A stretch of 63,884 nucleotides of DNA, counting the filler, from Octopus bimaculoides (taxonomy: Eukaryota), in the NCBI RefSeq assembly GCF_001194135.2. It is 4 parts of 4 records of this genome, joined end to end, with 100 filler letters (N's around TTAATTAATTAA, not from the genome) between each part and the next. Parts side by side here need not be neighbours in the genome. Positions count along the whole stretch, not along the records: positions 1 to 31,567 come from NC_068986.1; 3 more parts are not named here. One strand, written 5' to 3'. This document shows positions 1-11,276 of this stretch, in pieces. The position numbers and the translations under genes are program-made. Position 1 is the first letter of the stretch, and the number at the start of each line of letters is the position of its first letter. A model generated the notes under the pieces. That model was given only the letters and a program-made list of their open reading frames with translations, did no database searches and had not been told where the DNA came from.

Positions 1-219
1 ATATATATATATATATATATATACCTACATATCAATATGCGCACAGATATGTATAACAAAATATGCACATGTATATATACATGTATCTGTGTGTATGTGT
101 ATATGTTTTACTACATATATGTATAAATAACATACATGTATATATACATATATAGGTGCATGGGTAAGTGCATGTGTGTGTGTGTGTTAGACTGTCTGTG
201 TCTGTGTGATATATGTTCT

Positions 220-400
220 GTTGCTCATGTTTAGGCCTAGGTCATCGGTGATTAAGCTGACCTATGAACAGTCTAGCCTGACAACTATACCATTCATTTA
301 TTTTCTTTTTACACACTTTATAATACCTAAAGTGTTCTTCCCTTCTTTAAGAATGTAGGGAGTGAAATCGGAGAGATTTGGCTGCTATTTCTATAGGTCG
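220..400 (+). repeat. Dispersed repeat family E (motif GAGAGATTTGGCTGCTATTTCT)
   Basis: The same motif recurs near 9000-9040 (-), 9235-9260 (-), 16415-16440, 16620-16655, 46850-46880 and 56635-56660. Confidence 0.5.
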
Positions 401-463
401 AATGTGAACATGTGTAACCCCATATACTTTTTTGGCTATATACAATTATACGTATTATAGATT

Positions 464-497
<34 letters not shown>

Positions 498-507
498 TAG
501 GTAGATG

Positions 508-570
<63 letters not shown>

Positions 571-571
571 C
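464..571. repeat. (GACA)n/(GATA)n microsatellite
   Basis: Seen directly; representative of dozens of di-, tri- and tetranucleotide tracts in the window. Confidence 0.9.
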
Positions 572-1806
572 GGTTACTCACTAGAGAGGTAGAGTGATAA
601 ATATATACATTGATAGAAAAATGCATGCGTGCATACATACCTATATGCATACATACATACATACATCCATACATGCATACATACATACATACAGGCATAC
701 AGGCATGCATGCAAACATACGTTTATCCATACATACATATAAAAATATACATACTACGATGAACTGCGACTGTTTAAATGAGATTTCATTTAAAACGAGA
801 GGCTAAGCGAAGGAAAAAAAAGCGAACGCAATTTCCCCACGCAAACACATACAGAGAAACACTTACACACACTCACAAAACTAAGAAAACAAAAAGCCTA
901 AATATATATGTATATGAATTCGTGTATTTGAAAAAAGAGATAGAGAGATAGACAAACATACACAGAGAGAGGAGGTGTAAGAGGTATAGCAACTATCAAC
1001 TATAAACTACACCAACATTGCTCTGTATATAAAGTCTCTGTTACTTGCCAGTAAGATGGCGACAAACTACAAAGGAAACAGAGTGTAAACAAATACAGTG
1101 TAAGTGGCCGTCGTACTACCATATAAGGTAGCACAAAGGCGTTCCGACACATCAAAGGATTTAGCGACACACAGCGACCGGCCGACAACAGTTGTAGATA
1201 AATTCCCCCATTGCCGGTTTGAGAAATGTAGGAAAAAGGAAAAAACAAAAATGAAGAAAACAAATGAATAAAAATAACTGAAAGGAAGGAAAAATAAAAT
1301 AAAATGAGAAAAGAATGAAATGAAACAAGAAAAAAAACCTATGATAAAAATAACGTAAACAAACAGATAAAAGCTAACAAAATAAAACAAATAACCAATT
1401 TCTTTTTAAACTAAGCAAGCACAAGGCCAATTTTAAGATAGGAGAGAAAAAAAGGTTGAAAGCGGATATATATACACACACACACATCATATACACACAT
1501 AGAGGCACATATATACAGGCACACACACAGACGTGCATAAATTTTGTGTGTATATGTATATGTAGTAGAGTAACGAAAGAGTGAATTCATTCTCATTTAC
1601 TTCCAGTGTATGAATACATATATATATATATATACGCAAATATATATATACACAAATATATATACACAAATATATATATACACAAATATATATACACAAA
1701 TATATATACAAATATATATATACACACATACACAATATGCCTCTTGTACTGAGTGCTCATTGCAAATAATATACTAAGATCGACATAAAAAGTGAATGAG
1801 TTTGCG

Positions 1807-1900
1807 TGTGTACGTGTGCGCATGCGAGAATTTGTGCGAACCTTATCTATCTATCTATCTATCTATCAATACATATATATAAAAAATATAATATATATAT

Positions 1901-1934
<34 letters not shown>

Positions 1935-2726
1935 TAAATTTCATTTCGGAGGTTTGTGTTTGAAAGCACACACACTCACTCGTGTAAAAGTCGCACCCCA
2001 GATTTTTCGAAGTATAAATGGTGCGACATATACACGAGTAATTACCATGTATGTATGTATGTATGTATGTATGTATGTCATTGTTGAGTTCTATTTCAAG
2101 ATTTCTTGTCAATAGAGAAAAAGCCGGTTTCTAACCTAGAGCCAAGGCTCCTTCATTGGAATTTCAACATCAACAACAGGGTATTTTTGTTTGAATGTAT
2201 GTATACGTGCAGATTTGTATGTTTTGTTTTACGTATATATTCTCATGCATATAGTTGCATATCTACACATGCTCATATATATTTAAATGATAAATTTCTG
2301 GAAAGTTTTACAAATTTTTACTGTTACAGTGATGGATTGGATCTGTAGTCTTCGAATTAGCTTTCTCTTTTCTATTTTTGAGAAGCCTAATTTCTCAAGA
2401 TTGGTATTTAGGCAGTATGTTACATATTCCAGTGCCCCAATAATTACAGAGATAAACCTGAACTTTTAATCTGTAGAGTAACTACAAATTTCTTAAGAGT
2501 TCAGTGTAGGTATTCTCATTTTCACTGATCTTCAGCTTTATGCTAACATCATTATATCAGGTCTGTTATGCTTACATTTTATTGAGGTCTTTACTAGGAC
2601 ATTCCACCAGTACTCCTTTTTATTATGAGTGGCTATGGCTTCTACCATACTGTAGGTTCTTATTTCTTTGTCCTCGGGGTTATCCTTCCGACGGATTTCA
2701 AACACAAACCTCCGAAATGAAATTTA

Positions 2727-2760
<34 letters not shown>

Positions 2761-2793
2761 ATATATATATTATATTTTTTATATATATGTATT

Positions 2794-2834
<41 letters not shown>

Positions 2835-2870
2835 GGTTCGCACAAATGCTCGCATGCGCACACGTACACA
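1807..2870. repeat. Long inverted repeat (arms 1807-1965 and 2696-2870)
   Basis: The arms are reverse complements with one substitution plus microsatellite copy-number differences. The spacer is about 730 bp. Confidence 0.9.
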
Positions 2871-3125
2871 TCACGTCTCATCGGTAGATAATATCGTGAT
2901 GACATTTTCGGACAGCCGCTTATGTTATGGGTGATATTTTCGGTGTTAACTCCTCAAAGTTTGCATCGGTTGTCTCATTTCACTGTTTTTCCTGCAACGC
3001 TATCCCTTTTGTGCATCAGTTACTTAGTTGATATGTATGTATGAATGAATGAAGAATGTATTATAGAGCTCCATTCAGATTTTCATAATCCAGTCTGCTT
3101 TCTATATATGTATGTATGTATGTAG

Positions 3126-3189
<64 letters not shown>

Positions 3190-3256
3190 GACTGGATTAC
3201 GAAAATCTGCGTTGAGCGCTAAACATATCGGAAGCAGTCGTTAGAAAACATAATTT

Positions 3257-3317
<61 letters not shown>
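3257..3317. repeat. (CTA)n microsatellite
   Basis: About 20 perfect copies. Confidence 0.95.
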
Positions 3318-4149
3318 ATACACACACGGACAAACACGTATGCCAACTAGGACTACTATCTCCTGGCTAAGTACTTCGTGGACAATTTCCTTATTTAAGA
3401 AAATGCCTAATATTTGCCGTTATATTTAGAACCCGGCGTTGGTGATTTTTTCAGTTATGATACTATTCCTAAAAGCCTTCGAGACTTGCTGCAGAACGCT
3501 ATGACTACACGACATTAGTGGAGATTATTTTGAAAAATGAGGATTTTGGAAAGTCTCAAAACTTGGATTTACTAACGTTAATGTACCAATTAAAACATAA
3601 TCGGCTATTAAGATATGAAATCGTCATAAAAAGAAAGATGAAACACGAAGTCGTGTTTTAAATATCACATGTTTGAATGAAAGCCAATCCTAATTTACAC
3701 AATTACACACACACACACACACTGTGTAAATATGCGTGAGTTTATAAGGCAATATGAGTTAACTTATCGTGTTAGCTATTTGTCATTGGTTTCGCCATTA
3801 GGGTCTTCCCAGGCCTTGCTTATTTCCACATAGTACAAAAAAATGCTTATACGATTTGGAGATGAACAGAACATGAAGTTTGAGATCACGAAACCAATTG
3901 TAACCCTAGATTGAAGTTAATTTCTGTCTCTTGCTAGTGCAAATATATTTATTCTACTGCCTCTACCAAATGCTTTATATTTTTTACATTCATTATTTTA
4001 TCTGCCGGCTATGATGCGACATGCGACATATAGTATAATGTAATATAATATATATATATTATATTATATCATCTCCTAATATAATAGTGAGCGTAGTGTT
4101 TTATATATTTGTGGGTGTGTGTATATATATGTATATATATATACATATA

Positions 4150-4532
4150 TTGTTGGCACTCCGTCGCTTACGACGTCGAGGGTTCCAGTCGATCCGATCA
4201 ACGGAACAGCCTGCTCGTGAAAATAACGTGCAAGTGACTGAGCACTCCACAGACATGTGTACCCTTAACGTAATTCTCGGGGATATTCAGCGTGACACAG
4301 TGTGACAAGGCTGGGCCTTTGAATTACAGGCACAAAGCAGAAACAGGAAGAAAGAGTGAGAGAAAGTTGTGGTGGAAGAGTACAGCAGGGTTCGCCACCA
4401 TCCCCTGCCGGAACGTCGTGGAGCTTTAGGTGCTTTCGCTCAATAAACACTCACAACGCCCGATCTGAGAATAGAAACCGCGATCTTATGACCGCGAGCC
4501 CGCTGCCCTAACCACTGGGCCATTGCGCCTCC
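4150..4532 (-). mobile_element. tRNA-derived SINE family A, full length
   Basis: Reverse complement of the copies at 8355 and 9955, with an A/B-box head and a CCAACAA tail. Confidence 0.9.
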
Positions 4533-4565
4533 ACACATACATACATACATACATACATACATAAT

Positions 4566-4605
<40 letters not shown>

Positions 4606-4892
4606 TCTTATTCACTTATTGAGTTCTCTTTGTTTGAGGGATACCCACTCTCTCTCTCCTTCTTTCTCTCTGCTTTGTTTTCATCGTTACTGTAATGGCT
4701 TCTGTTTCTCAAAGCTAACTTGACTCTTACCATTCCACTCACACATTCCCAATCTAATTGTGTTCTTGCTCACATGCTCTTATTCTGGGCAACGCCCGCA
4801 TGCCTGATACTAACAATGAATCCGTTCTTTTCTTCCAGGACATCGAACCTCTGGAACCTCAACACCGAAGTTTTCATCGAAACAAACCTGCC

Positions 4893-5220
4893 GACCATAT
4901 CCTGATTCCATGTGGATTGAAGCAGGGTTTACGACTTGCATCTACGCTCTTCTCCTTTATATTTATCTGCGGGGCTTTATTTTTTTTTCTTTTAAATTCC
5001 TCCGGACATTCCAGTTGTTATCATCAGATAAGGTTTTGATGGTGAATTATTTAACACAGCCAGATTACAGTTTCATCAACTAAACCAACAACCTCCACAT
5101 ATCAGAGCTTCAATATACTGACGATAATCGCATTTTCTTATACACACACAAGAAACTCCAGCAATCAATCAACAACTTCACCAGTTTCCTATCATCATTG
5201 TTGTATCTTGCGTCCTTTAA
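4893..5220 (+). pseudogene. Degenerate RTE-clade reverse transcriptase fragment
   Basis: Across frameshifts and stops it reads ILIPCGLKQGLRLASTLFS (cf. GVKQGCVLAPTLF), DGELFNTARLQ (cf. DGKLFNLRRL) and ISELQYTDD (YADD motif). Confidence 0.75.
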
Positions 5221-5956
5221 ATTTTTCTCTAACTTTTCTTTCTCAGCTTCACATAAAAAAAAAGGCAGTTCTGGTAGTAATGGAAGCGACACCAGTTGGT
5301 GCAGTCCTGGCCTTCAGATCCACGTTTTTATTTCTATACAGGCATTTTGAAGGTAGAGTTTAGCTGGTCTTTATAACGAAGGACAGAACAACCCTATAAT
5401 CATTTCTAAATGGTTAATACATTGAAGAATATTTGACGGGAACATCACTCTCTTTTCATTCTAACCACTTATCTTAAAAATCGAAGCTAATGTTTCATCA
5501 TGGCTGACTCTAGACTTCAACTGTTGGTTTATCTTTTTTTTTTTTTACTTGGACAACATTGTTGGTTATGTAGATCTCCCATTTGATATTAAACCCTTTA
5601 CTTGTCCAAAGTATTTTCATAAGCTTGACCGACCTTGCTTCTTTACAGACTTTTAGTTTTTGTTTTATATGCTCTGAGTAATATAAAGCTTTCCTTTCAT
5701 AATTTCTAAGCTGTTCTAGTAGTTTAAAAAATGGGAAATGTGTATAATATTTGATACATAGAATGCCAGGGAAATAAGTCCTGTATACCTCATATGATAC
5801 ACAGGAGAGGCAACGAGTTAAGTTGGTGTGAAGCTTTTGTTGATGGAAATGCTTCTGCTTTTTGATGTCCCAATGATAAAATAAATGTTTCACAACCATA
5901 TAATAATAGTGAGCTGACGACAGCTTGATAGACCAATGTTCTCGATTTTTGGTTAA

Positions 5957-6234
5957 CCCATTACCTACAAGTGATCTCATATGAGATCACTTAAAAATTA
6001 CAGATTTCGTAATTATCTGTCAATATTTACACATATCTAACCTTTTTGCTATATCTACTAGGTATATTTCTCTGATATTCAAATGAGGTTTGCTAATTTT
6101 TCACCCAATATCTCGCTTATTTCTATTTAAAATGTTATTTTGATCATTCCAGTGTGTTTCTAAGGCTGTTTTATGCTAGAAATCAAAGTTTCATTAAAAA
6201 AATTCCAGTTAATAGAATTATGGGAGGTAATGGG
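5957..6234. mobile_element. piggyBac-like MITE
   Basis: TTAA on both sides (5953-56, 6235-38). Perfect 10-bp TIR CCCATTACCT/AGGTAATGGG with CCC...GGG ends. Confidence 0.6.
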
Positions 6235-6346
6235 TTAAGTTATTTATTCGTAAAGGCACCGTTTTGCCAGTTTAAAAAAATTTTAACTAATTTTTATTGC
6301 GAAATGGGTTGATCTATTTCTGCATTCCTCGTCCTTTTCCGAAAAA

Positions 6347-6430
6347 GCATTTGTTAGAAAGAATATTCCCAAGATAGACAAAGTGGTCAACTTCTGCAAG
6401 AGATGTATTAGAGATAGTGATGTTGAAATC
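6347..6430 (-). pseudogene. RTE-clade RT fragment (late RT motif)
   Basis: Reads NITISNTSLAEVDHFVYLGNILS (cf. I-x-I-x-G-x-x-L-E-x-V-D-x-F-x-YLGS). Confidence 0.7.
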
Positions 6431-6525
6431 AGATAGTGTGAGAGAGAGTGTATGTGTGTGTGAGAGAGAGAGAGTGTGTGAGTATGTATATGTACAATAT
6501 ATTTTGACCACGCTGAGCCAAAATT

Positions 6526-6559
<34 letters not shown>

Positions 6560-7140
6560 GTACATTTATTTCATATGTCTATTTGTAGGAGCAAATATAT
6601 AACCCAGTTGTGTACAAAGAAAACTGAAAATTAAACTCACGTATACACACACGCACACACTTACACACACAAACACACAATCAAGCACGAACAAATATAC
6701 ACAAATACGTGCATATAAACACAAGTCGATATTGAAATATATACGACGCTACTGGTATTCTCATTTTTCCGTACATACACCCCTACCTCTTTCTAGCGAT
6801 TGAATTGATTTGATGAAAGTCACGAAAATAAATATAAATAATAATAAAAAAAAGGAAAGAAAGAGAAAGAGAGAGAAAGAACAAAGAAAATTATTGATCA
6901 TCTTCTGTATTACGTCTGATTGGTGTTGATTTCGTCTTTTATATTTGCTACTTATGTAATGTGTTAAACCTATCGCTTTCCAGTCAACCCACACACACAC
7001 ACACCAATACAAACGCACAAATGCAGACGAGCATAAAACACGACACTTTAAATAGTTGATTTCATTAACCTTAATGTTGTAACTGTCAACATAGTTATCA
7101 CTCCTTTACGTGTGTATATATATCTATATATATATAAGTA

Positions 7141-7183
<43 letters not shown>

Positions 7184-7793
7184 ATATATATNNNNNNNNN
7201 NNNNNNNNNNNNNNNNNNNNNNNNNNNNNNNNNNNNNNNNNNNNNNNNNNNNNNNNNNNNNNNNNNNNNNNNNNNNNNNNNNNNNNNNNNNNNNNNNNNN
7301 NNNNNNNNNNNNNNNNNNNNNNNNNNNNNNNNNNNNNNNNNNNNNNTCTATCTGTCTGTCTGTCTGTCTGTCTGCCTGCCTATTATACACGGATATAAAT
7401 ATTTTTTCTATGAATCACTTTAGAGAAAATTTGTAGTTTGGAATCAGTAGTTCTTTGACTGCTATTTCTAAATTTTCAGTATGTTGGAGAAGCAACTCAA
7501 TTGCTAATCCCTGTATATTTACGATGATAAATAGTTTTACCGATAAAGGTTTTTTTCATACTGAACTACTTGGCAGAATTGTTAATTATTAATTCTATTA
7601 TTAATTGACGATTCTCTGCCCTTATTCTTGTATATATATATATATAGATATTGCACCTTGTTTACCATTTTGTCCTTGTTCTTTTGCAGTTATGTATCTA
7701 TATGTACATGTGGATGAACGTATATACATACATGTNNNNNNNNNNNNNNNNNNNNNNNNNNNNNNNNNNNNNNNNNNNNNNNNNNNNNNNNNN

Positions 7794-7831
<38 letters not shown>

Positions 7832-7833
<2 letters not shown>

Positions 7834-8308
7834 GGTGAGCACCTTGCTAAGACAACGTCGGCTGCGCTGGCTTCGCCACGTTCGCCGTGTGGAGGATGGT
7901 CGGATCCCAAACGATGTCCTTTTCGGAGAGCATGTCGCAGGGCAGAAAAACATTGGCCGCCCGAAGCTGAGGTACAGAGATGTGTGCAGGACGGACATGA
8001 AGGTACTTGGCATCAACACCAATTCCTGGGAGGATCTCGCAACCGACCGAACCAGCTGGAGAGGCACTCTTCAGAAACAACTGCAGACCGGCGAAGGGAA
8101 TTCGAGGGTGGCGGGCAGCTGAAAACCGAGCCCGCAGAAAAGAAACGACAGCCAACAGACCGCATTCAACGTATAGGTATGACCTCTGCAAACGGGACTG
8201 CCACTCTCGCATCGTTCTCTACAGCCACAGATGGTGTTGCAAAAATTGAATAGACAACTCAACAGACGCATGACATCAGCCATGGTCAGCCATGACCGAC
8301 GGAGGCCT
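7832..8308 (+). mobile_element. 5'-truncated RTE LINE (BovB-like C-terminus with zinc-finger motif), frameshifted
   Basis: RQRRLRWLRHVRRVEDGRIPNDVLFGE...GRPKLRYRDVCRTDMK...WEDLATDRTSWR, then after a frameshift DLCKRDCHSRIVLYSHRWC-stop and a short 3' UTR. Confidence 0.9.
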
Positions 8309-8354
8309 AGGATATATACATATATATATGTCGTATATGTATATATTTGTGTGT

Positions 8355-8740
8355 GGAGGCGCAATGGTCCAGTGGTTAGGGCAGCGGACGCGCGGTCATA
8401 GGATCGCGGTTTCGATTACCAGACCGGGCGTTGTGAGTGTTTATCGAGCGAAAACACCTAAAGCTCCACGAGGCTCCGGCAGGGAATGTTGGCGAACCCT
8501 GCTGTACTCTTTCACCACAACTTTCTCTCACTCTTGCTTCCTGTTTCTGTTATACCTGTAATTCAAAGTGTCAGCCTTGTCACACTGTGTCACGCTGAAT
8601 ATCCCTGAGAACTACGTTAAGGGTACACGTGTATGTGGAGTGCTCAGCCAATTGCACGTTAATTTCACGAGCAGGCTGTTCCGTTGATCGGATCAACTGG
8701 AACCCTCGACGTCGTAAGCGACGGAGTGCCAACAACAACA
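8355..8740 (+). mobile_element. tRNA-derived SINE family A, full length
   Basis: A box TGGTCCAGTGG, B box GGTTTCGATTACC, (CAA)n tail; five related copies in the window. Confidence 0.9.
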
Positions 8741-9360
8741 TTGGCACCTAGGTGGAATACAAATACTCAGAACAGAACATCGTCATCTCTCTCTCCCAGA
8801 ATGAAAACGTGTGTGCGTGTGTGTGTGTGTAAGAGAAAGAGAGAGTGTGAGTGAGAGAGAGAGAGAGAGCGTTTCAGGCACACGAGAATATCGTTTGATT
8901 TTCCTTGTTTTATCCCTGCCACGCAATATTTTCCTCTTGTACAAGGAAATGGCGATGTACGTTGACTGGCACCAGTGTTCAAAAAGGAAACTTGGTCTAC
9001 TAGAAATAGCAGCTAAATATCCCTCAAATCACGCCCCTTCCATCCACACCGTCTTAGATAAAAACACAATGAGCAATGGAATTCTTGATATGCAACGAGA
9101 CACGATGGTCATGTGCAGAACGATTTTTATAGGTCCGTTCAATCAGACATTATTTAGTGTTAAAAAAAATAACAGAAAAGTTTACTTAGAGTTAATGAGG
9201 GACGGCCTCTGTGCAGTTCCTCGAATTATTAGACACAGAAGCCAAATTTCCCTCAAATCTCATATAATGTCTTAAAGTAGGAAAGGACCCTTGGTCTGTA
9301 GAGTCATATATACACAAAAACACAATACTATTTGAAGGGTCTGTCCCGGTGGCAAAAAGT

Positions 9361-10402
9361 TTTTTTCCCACAAGAGTTCCAGACCCCCAGTAATGAACTC
9401 ATTTACATACAGCCAATGAGAGCGCACCTTGACCTTGTTGTACACGAACAACTACGCAGGAGTAGCCATGCGGATAACGAAGGAACTGGTTCGTTCAGCT
9501 CCCAGATTATGCCTAGACGCAAAGCCCAACATAACATTCGTGAATGTGATAAAAACAACCAGTCTCTTGGTAAAACACACTCTACCAAGTAAACTCAAGA
9601 CGAAGAACGGTGTTGTAAGTCGACCGATCGTTAAGTTATGCCTGATTTGAGAAGAAGACACGTAATTAGATAGATTTGCAGCTATACCTATTGTCGGATT
9701 TTGTTAGAGCCCCATATGGTAAAGATGCGGATGGGAAAAGTGTGGGTTGAGGGTGATGCGGAAGCAGCCCTCTCCCATTACTGTTTTACAAAGTAAACAA
9801 CAACACAAATAATTACGCAGAGGCAAAAACAACAAGCATTATTAAAAGAGAAAAGAAGCATGGTCATTCCTTACCCAAGTGACTTTATCTTATCGCCCAT
9901 CACTTGTTATGCGCTCATAAATTAGTTTGATAGTTGAGCTCTAATTGGCTGTATGGAGGCGCAATAGTCCAGTGGTTAGGGCAAGCGGACTCGCGGTCAT
10001 AGGATCGCGGTTTCGATTCCCAGACCGGGCGTTGTGAGTGTTTATTGAGCGAAAACACCTAAAGCTCCACGAGGCTCCGGCAGGGGATGTTGGCGAACCC
10101 TGCTGTACTCTTTCACCACAACTTTCTCTCACTCTTACTTCCTGTTTCTGTTGCGCCTGTAATTCAAAGGGCCAGCCTTGTCACACTGTGTCACGCTGAA
10201 TCTCCCCCGAGAACTACGTTAAGGGTACACGTATCTGTGGAGTGCTCAGCCAATTGCACGTTAATTTCACGAGCAGGCTGTTTCGTTGATCGGATCAACT
10301 GGAACCCTCGACATCGTAAGCGACGGAGTGCCAACAGAACAGAATTGGCTGTATGCAAATGATTCATAACTGGGGTCTAGAACTCAAGTGGGGAAAAAAA
10401 AA
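9361..10402. repeat. Degenerate ~65-bp inverted repeat pair, right arm split by the SINE; possible old DNA transposon
   Basis: 9361-9425 is the reverse complement of 9936-9954 joined to 10355-10402 (about 55 of 65 columns identical by hand alignment). Confidence 0.6.
9955..10342 (+). mobile_element. SINE family A with 12-bp TSD
   Basis: TSD AATTGGCTGTAT at 9943-9954 and 10343-10354. Confidence 0.92.
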
Positions 10403-10767
10403 ATTCGCGTCCCGGTGTTCCCTCCCTCCGCTCAGTAAATTTGTCCCATTTGACACTGAAGTCCCGCAATGTTCCAGTTATGTTCCAAAGACTTCTCGTA
10501 AATATTGAGAATCAAAGGCTGAGAATTTTGAAATCAGAAAGGAGATCCAACCTTACCGTGCACAACTCAAATTAGCAGACATAATCAACCCTAACTCAGT
10601 CTAAGATTAGCGTTACGTGTCTTTACCAAAGCCGTAGCAGGTGTATGATGTATCTACGTTGTAAGAGCACCCTCGAGTCACATGTACGGCGCAAGGTAGC
10701 TATTGCAGTTCAATGACATTTTGATTATTCCGACATTACAAATAATTTATTTTCAAGATTTCAGAAT

Positions 10768-10951
10768 GTTGTTGTTGGCACTCCGTCGCTTACGACGTCG
10801 AGGGTTCCAGTTAATCCGATTAACGGAACAGCCTGCTCGTGAAATTAACGTGCGAGTGGCTGAGCACTCCACAGACACGTGTACCCTTAACGTAGATCTC
10901 GGGGATATTCAGCGTGACTCAGTGTGACAAGGCTGACCCTTTGAATCAAAG
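10768..10951 (-). mobile_element. 5'-truncated SINE family A with 11-bp TSD
   Basis: Only the 3' half is present. TSD GATTTCAGAAT at 10757-10767 and 10952-10962. Confidence 0.88.
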
Positions 10952-10977
10952 GATTTCAGAATATGCCATATAAATAT

Positions 10978-11166
10978 CGATTTCAAATTTTGGAACAAGG
11001 CGCGCAATTTCGACTCCAGTGATCAACTGGTACTTATTTTATCGACTCCGAAAGGATGAAAGGCTAAGTGCACTTCGGCGAAGTTTGAACTCAGACCGTA
11101 AAAATGGACGAAATGCCGCTAAGCATTTCGCCCGGCGTGTTAACGATTCTGCCAACTCATCACCTT
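10978..11166 (-). mobile_element. SINE-like family C
   Basis: Reverse complement of the copy at 44853 (GGCAGAATCGTTA...GAAATGCTTAGCGG...GAGTTCAAA). Confidence 0.8.
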
Positions 11167-11276
11167 ATATACCATATAAATATTACAGTTTATAGTTTTC
11201 CTATCTTATTTCTTACAAATATAGAAAAGGCATCTAAGCATGCTCAACTCACGGTTTGAAGTTCAGTACCTTATTT

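Noticed and set aside
5510-5980. 156-aa minus-strand ORF
   Set aside because: No recognisable motifs, starts inside a MITE and has AT-rich random-like composition.
8355-8430. Genuine tRNA genes at SINE heads (also 9955, 61057-61130)
   Set aside because: The cloverleaves are degenerate and run directly into SINE bodies.
8811-9275. 154-aa plus-strand ORF
   Set aside because: Begins in microsatellite and crosses family E repeat fragments.
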